Numbered from the stretch's first letter, positions 38,101 to 46,938 are shown. The stretch: 64,000 bases of DNA from Bacteroidia bacterium (GCA_045106675.1 JBGCFA010000014.1:1-64000), one strand, 5' to 3'. Made by a program: numbers and translations. Notes: a model not told the origin generated them from the letters alone.

Positions 38101-41100
38101 TTGATCTCGATGCGACCTTCCCGCCTGAGCAAGTAAATCCCGGTGGCACAGGTATTACAGCCAGTTACTTCAACAATATTGACTTTACTAGTCCTGCCTT
38201 CACACGTATTGATCCCCAAATCAATTTTGCTTGGGGCAATGATTCTCCTGATCCATTGATCACAGACCCCAATACCTTCTCTGTTAGATGGGAAGGTGGT
38301 TTAGTGGCACCTTATACAGGAACGTTTACCTTTTACTCTACTACCGATGATGGTGTGAGACTATGGGTAGATGGTGTCTTAGTCATTGATCAATATATCG
38401 ATCAAGCGCCTACCGAGTGGACTGGTACTTATGATTTGGTTGCTGGGGAATTGGTTCCTTTCAAGATGGATTATTATGAGCGTGCTGGTGGTGCTGTGGC
38501 TAAACTAGAATGGGCGGGTCCATTTACAGAGCGCCAATTTGTGCAGCCTACTTTCCTTTTCCCCGTTGGGGCGGTGTATTCTCCTCAGCCTCCGGTGGCT
38601 TCCTTTACGGTAACGCCTAATGTAGGCATCGCACCATTACCGGTCATCTTTGATGCGATAGCCTCAAATGATCCAGACGGTAGCATCGCAAGCTATGACT
38701 GGGACTTTGGTGATGGTAATACGGCTACTGGCCTTACGCCACTTCATACCTACAATACTGATGGTACTTATAATGCTCGCCTGATCGTAACCGATGATGG
38801 TGGCAAGACTGATACTGCTTTCCAAACGATACAGGTGGATGCCTCTAATACGGCACCTGTCGCTAGTTTCACGGCTTCGCCGAACGCTGGTACGGCTCCT
38901 CTTTTGGTAAGTGTCGATGCGACTGCGTCGAACGATGACAATGGTATCCAGACTTATGATTGGGACTTTGGCGATGGTGCTACTGGCAACGGACAGATTA
39001 CCGATCATACTTATCTAGTTGGTGGTACTTTTACCATCACTCTGATCGTCAGTGATCAAGAAGGACTAAAAGATACTGCGACGACTAGTATTGATGTACA
39101 ACCAGCAGGGGGCTACTGTCATGTGCTTGCTAATGGAGAAGTCGTGATTGAAGCTGAAAACTTCAGCGATAATGTTAGTGGATCTGGTGGTGCAAGTGCT
39201 ACTACTTGGCAGATCTATAACGATGCTGCTGCCAGTGGAGGCGTTGCGCTACGCGCAGAACCTAATACTGGTGTCTGGACAGGACTCAATCTCAATGGAC
39301 CTCGTCTCGATTACGATATTTTGTTTGACGTACCAGGTCAATATTATGTATACGTTCGGGCTAGTGCTGCATCTGGTTCAGACGATTCCTTCCACGCTGG
39401 TTTGAATGGTAACTCCGTTACTAATCAATCTGGCACCGGTATGGGAGTCAATGGTCCTTGGGACTGGTCTGAGAGAGCTAATAATTATGAAGTAGTCGTA
39501 ATCAACGTACCGAGTACAGGTAAGCATACCTTCAATCTCTGGATGCGTGAGGACGGTACGCAAGTAGATAAGATCGTGATCAAGGCAGCTAGTGCTACTC
39601 CTTCGGGTAACGGCCCTGCTGAAAGTCAAATCGGTGATTGTGGCACTAGCGTGGGTAACCAAGCTCCGATTGCCAACTTCACTTCAGATGTGATTTCAGG
39701 TTTCGCACCATTGCCAGTGAACTTTGATGCTGCTAACTCTACTGACAATGAAGGTCCAATCGCTAGCTATAGCTGGAACTTTGGTGATGGCAATACTGCT
39801 GCGGGTGTTACCGCTAGCAATACTTATTCACAAGCGGGTATTTATACGATCAGCCTTACCGTAACAGACCAAGGTGGACTTAGCGATACCTATGATGCAC
39901 AGGTTCAAGTCAGCAATGATCCCGGAAATGGAGAAATTTGCTTTGATGAAGCTGGCGGTGAGTTGGTAATTGAAGCTGAAAATTACTCAGCGCTTGGTGC
40001 TGGTACTGGTAGTGCTGCGGGAGTAGCTTGGGTCAACTTTACTGATGCGAGCGCAAGTAATGGTGCTGGAGTAAGAGCTGAACCTAATACAGGTACTTGG
40101 ACAGGACTCAATCTCAATGGCCCTCGTCTTGACTACAATGTCAATTTCAATGCTGCTGGAACTTATCAAGTATATGTCCGTACTAGTTCACCTACTGCCA
40201 ATGATGATTCTTATCATGTAGGACTCAATGGAGTAGGGGTAACCAATCTTTCTGGTTATGGTATGGGAGGCGTTGGTCCATGGTTTTGGGCTTCTGGTGC
40301 TAATGATGGTGATCAAGTAGAGATCGTCGTACCTGCTGCTGGTAAGCATACCATTAGTGTTTGGATGCGTGAAGATGGCGTAGCTTTAGATAAGTTGGTT
40401 ATCACTCAATTGAGTGCCCCAACAGCTGCTGGACCAATCGAAAGTAGCCAAGTTACTTGTGGCAATGCCGCTAACTTAGCGCCAATCGCAAGCTTTACAG
40501 CAACGCCTAGTAGTGGAATCGCTCCTCTTCCTGTAGCGGTTGATGGCAGCACTTCTTCTGATCCCGATGGACAGATTGCTGCTTATGCTTGGGACTTCGG
40601 TGATGGTACTACCACCTCGGGTCTAACGGCCAATCACACTTACAACAATGCAGGTACTTTCAATATCGTATTGACGGTAACAGATACCGCTGGCTTGAGT
40701 AGTCAGACTAGCCAGTCGATTACGGTTTCTCCTTCGGGCAACGGGCCGCTCTGTTTTGACGAAGTCAATGGAGAACTCGTGATGGAAGCGGAAAATTATT
40801 CTGCTATCATCCCAGGAACGGGTAATGCCGCTGGTCATACTTGGCAAACTTACACAGAGGCTTCAGCTAGTGGCAGCGCTGCTGTTATCGCTACTCCAAA
40901 TACTGGCGCTTCTGCAGGTTTAAATCTCACTGGTCCACGTTTGGACTACGAGATCAACTTTGCTACTGCTGGTACTTATCGAGTCTTTGTGCGTAGTGCT
41001 GGTGCAAGCAATGCCGATGATTCTTACCATGTTGGTCTCAATGGCGTTTCTACTACTAACCTCTCTGGTTATGGTATGGGAGCCAATGGCCCTTGGGCTT

Positions 41101-41840
41101 GGAAAGATGTGGCGAATAATAGTGATCCAGTTACTCTCGTGGTAGCTACACCGGGTCAGTACGTATTCAATCTATGGATGCGTGAAGATGGAGTAGAAGT
41201 GGATAAAATCGTTATGAGAATCATCCCAACTACTTTCAGTGGACTAGGACCCGTAGAGAGTCCGCGTAATCCATGTGGAGCGCCTGCCTTAATGCTTAGT
41301 CGTAACTTTGGTGTCGAAGGCTATGCACAAGATGCTAACATAAACTGGGGCAATTTCTACGAAGAGTTTGAAGATCAGTATATCCTCCAACGTTCATTTG
41401 ATGGCAAAATCTATGAATTATTAGAAAAGGACGAAATCATCGTAGATAAGGAACTCAATACTTATACCGATCCTAACATCCGTACTTATGATGCTGATAA
41501 GGTTTATTATCGCTTGCAAGTAGTGGATGCGTTCGGACAAGTCCGTGAAACTAGAGAAGGCAGTCTGAATTTGAGAACCTCCTTTGCGAGTCTCAATCTA
41601 CAGGCTTATCCTAATCCTGCGAATACAAAGTTGAGCTTGAAATACGCCAACCAAAGTGAAGAAACCCTCCGTTTGAGAGTCATCTCTTCAACTGGGCAAA
41701 CGATCTATACACAGTCTATCGACTCCAATGCGGCAGAAGGTATAGTGAAACTCGATGTCTCTGAGTGGGCTGCTGGAATTTACTTTATTCAGCTGACCAA
41801 CGATAGCGCGAGTCAGGTCGTTAGGGTATTGATATACTAG
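35169..41840 (+). CDS. Giant (2,223 aa) T9SS-secreted multidomain protein. The domains are a PQQ-dependent soluble sugar dehydrogenase beta-propeller, a di-heme cytochrome c region, a legume-lectin/ConA-like domain, a PA14 domain, four PKD domains interleaved with three copies of an unassigned beta-sandwich (CBM-like) domain, and a T9SS CTD.
   Basis: Signal peptide. GSDH motifs FLGMALHPDF, LYLTIGD, GHRSPHRMT and EINIVESGRNYGWP at about 35350-36580. CxxCH motifs CQNCH at about 36990 and CSYCH at about 37243. A lectin segment GGLGATGITPSLGISFDTYGQ at about 37510-38140. A PA14 segment (ITASYFNNIDF...RWEGGLVAPYTGTFTFYSTTDDGVRLWVDGVLVIDQY) at about 38150-38530. PKD domains (ASYDWDFGDGNTATG...) at about 38590, 38850, 39660 and 40490. 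The repeated domain (GELVIEAENYS...NTG.WTGLNLNGPRLDY...DDS.H.GLNG...WMREDG..VDKIV) at about 39110-39640, 39920-40440 and 40740-41260. The C-terminus ...GIYFIQLTNDSASQVVRVLIY is a T9SS CTD. Confidence 0.85.
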   Translation: MWLTQFRRRPLLLVLLFTAFSAFTPLFLPPPGLTSPEAIGPFLNNTLPDKTPGNGGSVAWSVTPAYINLYFDDPLVIVPDERANKIFVGSRDGVLEVFDDNPNVTTKQTVVDLRTQVAEVWDAGFLGMALHPDFGLAGSPDANYVYLYYTAKGANGQNGPFSCGGGCFTCFDNPNFFGSYLRLSRFTLDPSNYTIDPATEVRMFNIRQYNGTHRGGGMVFGDDGYLYLTIGDQARYTGALNIVDNFEGGVVRLDVDQQGGSVSHAPRRKMGVETGLSDEFTGVGYYVPNSNPWQAPDNSLFEEFYTVGHRSPHRMTKDRATGDLFIGEVGGGQREEINIVESGRNYGWPIFEGNLGPSNRCNSGTTINFGTYKPPLTDFLRSEANAIIGGYVYRGNNYPNIAGQYICGGYSQNRIFSIDPATGTKTVLTSFTPGGLITFGESNDGELIMGRQNGNTNLYALTGTGIGAPAPTLLSQVDAFSDLQTLTPKAGVIPYDMIEDFWSDGADKDRWIAIPNDGTHDTPDEQIQFSENGNWTFPKGAVLIKHFELFGKRLETRFEVHGIDGTYYYLTYKWNAQGTDATLLTDGLDETITVNGQSQVWHFPSTSECQNCHQSASGFVLGARTRYLNRDIVYPQTGLSANQLVSLSHIGILDQPISDTDAANYLTAVAKDDPNASLEIKARSYLDLNCSYCHQPGTGNRAVFDARLTTDLSNQDIINGSVIEALGLSDARVIVPQNVGQSVTHYRMNSLLSGVAMPPLAKNKIDTEGVQLIEDWINSLTPDTTQNLVVVGDAVQQAGGCYELTAAQNSLAGAAWYPEVISLDEDATITFNIGMGSNDAGADGATFIFQNQGTDVIGTLGGGLGATGITPSLGISFDTYGQVDDQIVIWQNGAIATALAGPVCALPSCVNIEDGGTHAVEIQWDAGLQRLQVLFDGSLRATYTDNVVQTIFGGNPWVYVGATAATGGLNNLHEICNFDLDATFPPEQVNPGGTGITASYFNNIDFTSPAFTRIDPQINFAWGNDSPDPLITDPNTFSVRWEGGLVAPYTGTFTFYSTTDDGVRLWVDGVLVIDQYIDQAPTEWTGTYDLVAGELVPFKMDYYERAGGAVAKLEWAGPFTERQFVQPTFLFPVGAVYSPQPPVASFTVTPNVGIAPLPVIFDAIASNDPDGSIASYDWDFGDGNTATGLTPLHTYNTDGTYNARLIVTDDGGKTDTAFQTIQVDASNTAPVASFTASPNAGTAPLLVSVDATASNDDNGIQTYDWDFGDGATGNGQITDHTYLVGGTFTITLIVSDQEGLKDTATTSIDVQPAGGYCHVLANGEVVIEAENFSDNVSGSGGASATTWQIYNDAAASGGVALRAEPNTGVWTGLNLNGPRLDYDILFDVPGQYYVYVRASAASGSDDSFHAGLNGNSVTNQSGTGMGVNGPWDWSERANNYEVVVINVPSTGKHTFNLWMREDGTQVDKIVIKAASATPSGNGPAESQIGDCGTSVGNQAPIANFTSDVISGFAPLPVNFDAANSTDNEGPIASYSWNFGDGNTAAGVTASNTYSQAGIYTISLTVTDQGGLSDTYDAQVQVSNDPGNGEICFDEAGGELVIEAENYSALGAGTGSAAGVAWVNFTDASASNGAGVRAEPNTGTWTGLNLNGPRLDYNVNFNAAGTYQVYVRTSSPTANDDSYHVGLNGVGVTNLSGYGMGGVGPWFWASGANDGDQVEIVVPAAGKHTISVWMREDGVALDKLVITQLSAPTAAGPIESSQVTCGNAANLAPIASFTATPSSGIAPLPVAVDGSTSSDPDGQIAAYAWDFGDGTTTSGLTANHTYNNAGTFNIVLTVTDTAGLSSQTSQSITVSPSGNGPLCFDEVNGELVMEAENYSAIIPGTGNAAGHTWQTYTEASASGSAAVIATPNTGASAGLNLTGPRLDYEINFATAGTYRVFVRSAGASNADDSYHVGLNGVSTTNLSGYGMGANGPWAWKDVANNSDPVTLVVATPGQYVFNLWMREDGVEVDKIVMRIIPTTFSGLGPVESPRNPCGAPALMLSRNFGVEGYAQDANINWGNFYEEFEDQYILQRSFDGKIYELLEKDEIIVDKELNTYTDPNIRTYDADKVYYRLQVVDAFGQVRETREGSLNLRTSFASLNLQAYPNPANTKLSLKYANQSEETLRLRVISSTGQTIYTQSIDSNAAEGIVKLDVSEWAAGIYFIQLTNDSASQVVRVLIY

Positions 41841-41922
41841 ACATACTGGGGAATTCTGGGCGACAGTGTCCAAATTCCCCAGCTTTATGTACCTTTGCGG
41901 CAGAAAAAATAGATACTGCACT

Positions 41923-43233
41923 ATGAAAAAATTGTGGCTACTGATTGGGCTGATCTTAGGGGCGAACGCGTTAATGTGGGCCCAAAATGCAACCCCAGGC
42001 ATAAATGAGTTTATCTTTGTCGACAAAGAACCCGTACCTACCAACCTCGCTGAGGTAAGAACTGCGATAGGTTATCCAGAGATGGCGATCCAACAAAACC
42101 TTCAAGGCAATGTTGTCATCCGAGTCTTAGTGGATACTACTGGCGACTATCTTGATCACTCTGTGATTGCTTCTGCTCATCCCGTATTAGGTAAAGCAGT
42201 CGAAGATAGAATCCCAGAACTTTTGTTTAGTCCAGCGATCTTAGGAGGCAAAGCAACACGTTTTTGGGTCAATATTCCTTTTACTTTTCGCCTTGTCAAT
42301 GAAGAAGAGGAAAAGTTAAAAGCTTCGATAGATTCAATCGGTCAACTGATTGCAGCCAGCCCTGAAGACTACGAATTGTATCATAAAAGAGGGGTAGAGC
42401 AAAGTCAACTTGGTAATACTGATGAAGCACTCGAAGACTTGAACAAAAGCTTGGCTTTGAATCCACGCAAGAACAAGAAAAAGAAAGAGAAGAATACCTA
42501 TTCATACCTAGTTTACTCCCTATACAGCCGTGCGGCAGTCTTCGTGGGGAAAGAAAAGTATGATGAAGCTATTATTGATTATGCTGAGGCTTTCATGCTG
42601 ATGGAAGAAATGAAGTATCAAGACTCAGCCGTTGATGCAATAAAGCCTTTGTTGTACCTCGAGCGTGGCTATACTTACCAACTCAAAAAAGACAATGAAT
42701 TGGCTAGAAAGGACTATCGCTGGGTACTAGACAATGATAGCTCTCAGAAGTGTACTGTTTACTCTTTATTGTCTGATATGGGAATAGAGGACAATGATTA
42801 TGAAGAATTATCTTGGGTCTATACCGGTCTGATCGAATGTGATACTGCCAATACTTATCTGCCTTATAGTCGCGGCTTTTATCGCCTCAAATCAGGAGAT
42901 TATGCTGGTGCTTTAATAGATTTTCAAACAGCAGTTGATCGTAATAAGAATATGTTGATTCGTATTGCTTCGCTTAACCATATGGCACTTGCTCATATGG
43001 AAATGGGCCAAACGATGGATGCTCAGGCTTCTATTGATGCTGCTTTATTGATCAATGCCTTAAATCCACAGTCCTATTATTTCAGAGGGATGCTCAAGGA
43101 AAAAGACGGAGATAGCGAAGCTGCTTGTAAAGACTATCGCAATGCGATGGAATTTGGTCTTTCGGGTGAGGACGCTGATAAATGTATCGAAAAACTCAAT
43201 GCTTCCTGCGGTGGTTGGGAAGTTGAGGAGTAG
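41923..43233 (+). CDS. Secreted protein with an N-terminal TonB-C-like domain followed by TPR repeats.
   Basis: The signal peptide is MKKLWLLIGLILGANALMWAQ. The ORF track starts at 41866 in the same frame. The TonB_C-like segment is PEMAIQQNLQGNVVIRVLVDTTGDYLDHSVI...PAILGGKATRFWVNIPFTFRL. Several TPR-like helices follow (YELYHKRGVEQSQLGNTDEALEDLNKSLALNP ...). Confidence 0.6.
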   Translation: MKKLWLLIGLILGANALMWAQNATPGINEFIFVDKEPVPTNLAEVRTAIGYPEMAIQQNLQGNVVIRVLVDTTGDYLDHSVIASAHPVLGKAVEDRIPELLFSPAILGGKATRFWVNIPFTFRLVNEEEEKLKASIDSIGQLIAASPEDYELYHKRGVEQSQLGNTDEALEDLNKSLALNPRKNKKKKEKNTYSYLVYSLYSRAAVFVGKEKYDEAIIDYAEAFMLMEEMKYQDSAVDAIKPLLYLERGYTYQLKKDNELARKDYRWVLDNDSSQKCTVYSLLSDMGIEDNDYEELSWVYTGLIECDTANTYLPYSRGFYRLKSGDYAGALIDFQTAVDRNKNMLIRIASLNHMALAHMEMGQTMDAQASIDAALLINALNPQSYYFRGMLKEKDGDSEAACKDYRNAMEFGLSGEDADKCIEKLNASCGGWEVEE

Positions 43234-43248
43234 ATAATATTTTAGACG

Positions 43249-43293
43249 AAAAGCGGGCTTTACTGATTACAGTAGAGTCCGCTTTTCTTTTTT
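43249..43293 (+). terminator. Candidate Rho-independent terminator after the TonB_C-TPR gene.
   Basis: aaaagcgg ... ccgctttt is an 8-bp stem with a loop of about 21 nt, followed by ttttctttttt. Confidence 0.4.
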
Positions 43294-43295
43294 GC

Positions 43296-43330
43296 CTCTG
43301 CTTCGCAGAACGCTAGAAGCGTTCCACGGA
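43296..43330. repeat. Copy of the dispersed palindromic repeat: ctgcttcgcagaacgctagaagcgttccacgg.
   Basis: It contains the inner dyad GAACGC-TAGAA-GCGTTC. It lies between convergent genes, right after the candidate terminator. Confidence 0.6.
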
Positions 43331-43358
43331 GTGATAAGAAATAGATAAAAGACCTAAA

Positions 43359-43814
43359 CTACTTCTTGACCCGCTTCACATTATACTTAGACGAAGCATA
43401 AAGAAATCCAAAAGCCTCACTATCATGCTTTTGCATGTGTTTGTGGTGCTTTTTGTGGGCTCGTATCAAGCGATTGATATATGAGTTCTCGAAATGATAT
43501 TTGATCTTTATTCGTCGATGGATGATAATGTCATGAAAGACAAAGTAGAGTATCCCGTAGGCTGTGATCCCGATGCCCACCCAAAAGGGCCAACTCAAGT
43601 CTTCTGCTCCCTGCAAGATGCCTGCGGCTGCACCTACGGCATATAGGATGCTTACAAGGTCATTCCACTCCCACCAACTGGCTTGAGGTTCATGATGTGT
43701 CTTGTGTAGAAACCAAAGGGGGCCGTGGAGGAGATATTTGTGCATGAACCAGGCCCAAGCCTCCATAATTAATATGGTTAGGATGATGATTCCTGCGTTG
43801 ATCAAAAAATTCAT
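43359..43814 (-). CDS. crtZ: Beta-carotene 3-hydroxylase of the CrtZ type (sterol-desaturase/fatty-acid hydroxylase superfamily).
   Basis: 151 aa, four TM segments. The histidine boxes are HKTHHE, FHDIIIHRR and HKKHHKH. It aligns collinearly with CrtZ (MEAWAWFMHKYLLHGPLWFLHKTHHEP ... AYGILYFVFHD...H). Confidence 0.8.
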   Translation of the reverse strand: MNFLINAGIIILTILIMEAWAWFMHKYLLHGPLWFLHKTHHEPQASWWEWNDLVSILYAVGAAAGILQGAEDLSWPFWVGIGITAYGILYFVFHDIIIHRRIKIKYHFENSYINRLIRAHKKHHKHMQKHDSEAFGFLYASSKYNVKRVKK

Positions 43815-43826
43815 GTAGCTAGTAGA

Positions 43827-44966
43827 TCAAAGATTGATAGTCGGATAAGCTTTCCGATCAAAACAAACGGTATCGGCGTTTTGTTTTACAATCTGATCTA
43901 ATTCGAGAAGAGATGCTAGGGCGATTTGAGAATAATTTTGCGAAGCGTTTTTGAAGCCTCCATACTCCGTTCGCCAGAGGCGTTGCAATAATTCGGGCCC
44001 ATACATATCAGGGGCAATCTGATTGATCGCACCACCTACATTACCTGCTCCGGCGTGATAGATGTGTAGCACTAATAATCTGAACCAAAGTTCATTTTCA
44101 TTAGGTGGTAGGTTCCACTTTTGCACGATACGCCTCGCTTGTGGGATACAACGAGTTCTTAGCAAAGCTGCTGCAGCCCATGCTGCTTTGAAAAAATCAG
44201 CTCTTTCATCTACAGTATCGTTGACGATCAGGCCATGTTCGCGGGCTACTGACTCCATCAGTTGAAATGAACCATATGCTCCGACAGGTGATAAAGCCAA
44301 TTGACCGGGACTTTCTATCAATAGGATCGCTTGCGCATACCAAGGATCAACTTTTGCTTTTTCAAACGCTTGTATGCCTCTTGCTAGCGTAGGGATAACT
44401 CGATCAAAATGATAGTAATGGGACTTGCCAAAGGTGATCATCAACTGCTCTGTACTATCAAGGACATGTACTCTTTGTAAACTGTCTTTGAAGTTTGTCT
44501 GTTGATTGTTGGAAAGGCTACTCCATTGCTTCCAGTTGATTCCGCCCAAGATCCTCCGACTTGGAGTGGCACTAATCAAAGCTGTATCGTTGGGTAAACG
44601 CATGATAGTACGCCAAAAACGCACTTGGTGCATGGTATCCCAACGTTGCTGATAGAGACTCGGGTCCTCCAATAGCGTATAACAAACGCCAGGGGTAAAG
44701 ACGCGTTCCGATGTACGGGTAAAAGCAGATTTGGGAATATGATCCAGGTTTATGCCCTTGGGAAGATAGGAGCTTAGTTCAGCAAGGCTGTCGTTGCTAT
44801 AAACGGTGAAAGAGATCGAAGCCTCCGCTAGTATTGCTTCAAATGATTCGTCTTCAAATGAAGCAGCCCGGACGGAATCTCCATCGGTAAAAAAATGTAT
44901 GGGTAGGAATATGGCGAGCCATATTCCTAACATCCAAACAAATTTTTGGCCAATCCGAACGATCAT
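43827..44966 (-). CDS. Lytic transglycosylase (SLT domain) protein, secreted or membrane-anchored.
   Basis: 379 aa with an N-terminal hydrophobic segment. The SLT-like block is AQAILLIESPGQLALSPVGAYGSFQLMESVA (E-S ... GAxG.MQLM). Confidence 0.55.
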   Translation of the reverse strand: MIVRIGQKFVWMLGIWLAIFLPIHFFTDGDSVRAASFEDESFEAILAEASISFTVYSNDSLAELSSYLPKGINLDHIPKSAFTRTSERVFTPGVCYTLLEDPSLYQQRWDTMHQVRFWRTIMRLPNDTALISATPSRRILGGINWKQWSSLSNNQQTNFKDSLQRVHVLDSTEQLMITFGKSHYYHFDRVIPTLARGIQAFEKAKVDPWYAQAILLIESPGQLALSPVGAYGSFQLMESVAREHGLIVNDTVDERADFFKAAWAAAALLRTRCIPQARRIVQKWNLPPNENELWFRLLVLHIYHAGAGNVGGAINQIAPDMYGPELLQRLWRTEYGGFKNASQNYSQIALASLLELDQIVKQNADTVCFDRKAYPTINL

Positions 44967-45196
44967 ATTATTGATTTGAAGGTAGAATTTACTATCATAG
45001 AGGCAAACATTATGCCCTGATCCACTGGTCGGATATTATTGGAGGGGCAATTAGATTATTATGGGGTCCAACGGTAATAAACTGCTGACACACAGATTTG
45101 TCCATTTGAGGTTGATGTTAACACTACTTAGCAAAGCATACTGATAAATTGCTCGAATCTGTTATTTTTGTGGTGAGAGAACGGTAAATTAAATCA

Positions 45197-46933
45197 ATGG
45201 CGGTCAAAAAAGACCATACAGCGGATGTATTATATCCCGGTAAAAAAATTGCAGGAAAGTATAGCTTACAAGCTAGGCTTGGCCGTAGCAATCTTGCCGA
45301 CGTTTGGTTAGCAGAAAAAGACAAGAAGATTTGGGCGGTAAAGTTATACTTGCTGCCTCATGCTCTATCTGAAGAGCAATGGGAATCCATGCAATCGGTT
45401 CTCGAAAATCTACCACAATTTCCTTCCCCTTTATTGCAACGTCCCGTCGAGCATGGAATGATCGATGGGCTTCCGTATGTAATATTACCTTATTGCCATT
45501 ATGGCTCTGCACACCAATGGGCAGGTAAACTCAGTGAGAGTGAATTAGCGACTTTTATGTATCAAGGAGCCAAAGCGCTCAAAATGCTACATGAAGCCAA
45601 TCCGCCTATTTTACACCGTAATTTGCATCTGTTCAATTTTTTGATTGATCAAGATCTTAATTATGTGCTCAGTGATGTTGCTTTGTCTGGAGCGTTGCGT
45701 TTGATCTGTGAAGAGGAAGAAAGCGGGTATATCAATATTGCCTACCAAGCTCCTGAGACTTTTCAGGAGGCTGGATATGGACCCCCTGCAGACATCTTTT
45801 CATTTGGTATGTGTATGTTCCAAATGGCAACAGCTCAACTCGCTTTTGGGCCTCAAGGTGGACAACGATTATTGCATTGGGTACAAACTCCTAAGCTTCC
45901 CGATTATTTTTCGGACAGATTTAATCAGATTATACATGTCTGCATTGGTAGAGGGGCCTCAGGTAGGCCAAGTGCCGATATTTTGGTCCGCCTTGCGGAA
46001 CGCTACCTCGCAGAAGGAGAATGGAAATCTGTCCCGGGTTTTTCGTTTGGAGTTGGACGTTCCGCAAAGCGGAAATCGACTCTATTTGATCGGAGAAAGT
46101 CTAAATCTAAACAAGAACCTAAGCCCAAACGTAAACCTACACCAATAAGCCAGCAACGAGCGAATCCATATACTTGGGGTAAAAAAGGGTTTTCAATAAG
46201 TACCAAATGGCTGGTTGCCGCTTCGATAGCTATCGGGATTGGAATCACATTGTATTTTATCAATCCATTGCTAGAGCTAAGGTCAAATGAAAGCTCTCCA
46301 TCTGAAATTAGTAATCAGGGGCCAATTTTTGCTCCTACGCCTAGTCCTGAGCCGATCGCCAGACCGACTATAGTTGATTCAGGGCCAACACCAGAAAGCT
46401 TAGCGGCCAAAGAAAAGGAAATTGCGGAGGCCATCTTAGCTGAGTCAAACAAAACTGTTGAAGTGGAGGTGGTGAAACAGCCACCTGTAATTCCGGCCAC
46501 TACTCCAGCCGCAAGGAGCGAAAATCCGGAGCCAAAGGCTAGTAGCGCCGCTTTGCCATCAGAGATAAAACCCAGTAATGCTAAACCGGCAACTCCTCCC
46601 AAAACTGCCAAACCGAAAGTAGTCAGAATACTTTCGCGAGATTTGCGGAACCTGAAAATGTTGATTTCGGATGCCAATAAGCTAGAATCTCAACTTTCTG
46701 ATTTGGCCTTTAAGGTGGATAGCCTTAATTCCAATGATCAGGCTTATATCAAACAATTAAATAGTGAACTCAATCTACTAGGCCGTCAAATTGAAAGCCG
46801 AGCAGTATTTGATGATGCTCAGAACATATTAGGTTGGAGAAAAGAAGCGAATAACGCTTCTTGGTTAAAGCAAATGAATGCTTCTGTTAGGCAACACAAA
46901 GGCAATCTGAAACGCATACAAGAAAGTATCTAG
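45197..46933 (+). CDS. Membrane-anchored Ser/Thr-protein-kinase-like protein, predicted pseudokinase. It has an N-terminal kinase-like domain, one TM helix and a Pro-rich/coiled-coil C-terminal region.
   Basis: 578 aa. The kinase landmarks are AVKL (beta3 Lys), HRNLHLFNFL (HRD to HRN), LSDVALSG (DFG to DVA) and AYQAPETF (APE). The TM helix is WLVAASIAIGIGITLYFINPLL at about aa 335. PTPSPEP...AKPATPPKTAKPK low-complexity sequence follows, then a coiled coil. Confidence 0.65.
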   Translation: MAVKKDHTADVLYPGKKIAGKYSLQARLGRSNLADVWLAEKDKKIWAVKLYLLPHALSEEQWESMQSVLENLPQFPSPLLQRPVEHGMIDGLPYVILPYCHYGSAHQWAGKLSESELATFMYQGAKALKMLHEANPPILHRNLHLFNFLIDQDLNYVLSDVALSGALRLICEEEESGYINIAYQAPETFQEAGYGPPADIFSFGMCMFQMATAQLAFGPQGGQRLLHWVQTPKLPDYFSDRFNQIIHVCIGRGASGRPSADILVRLAERYLAEGEWKSVPGFSFGVGRSAKRKSTLFDRRKSKSKQEPKPKRKPTPISQQRANPYTWGKKGFSISTKWLVAASIAIGIGITLYFINPLLELRSNESSPSEISNQGPIFAPTPSPEPIARPTIVDSGPTPESLAAKEKEIAEAILAESNKTVEVEVVKQPPVIPATTPAARSENPEPKASSAALPSEIKPSNAKPATPPKTAKPKVVRILSRDLRNLKMLISDANKLESQLSDLAFKVDSLNSNDQAYIKQLNSELNLLGRQIESRAVFDDAQNILGWRKEANNASWLKQMNASVRQHKGNLKRIQESI

Positions 46934-46938
46934 AAATT

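Noticed and set aside
45985-46075. Repeat-like sequences (gcggaacgctacctcgcagaagg and gacgttccgcaaagcggaa) inside the first pseudokinase gene. I considered an in-frame insertion of the repeat element.
   Set aside because: The encoded segment (RLAERYLAEGEWKSVPGFSFGVGRS) aligns without a gap to the paralogue (RLASTFIKEQQWKSVGGLSFAPSLS). There is no insertion, so this is chance similarity.
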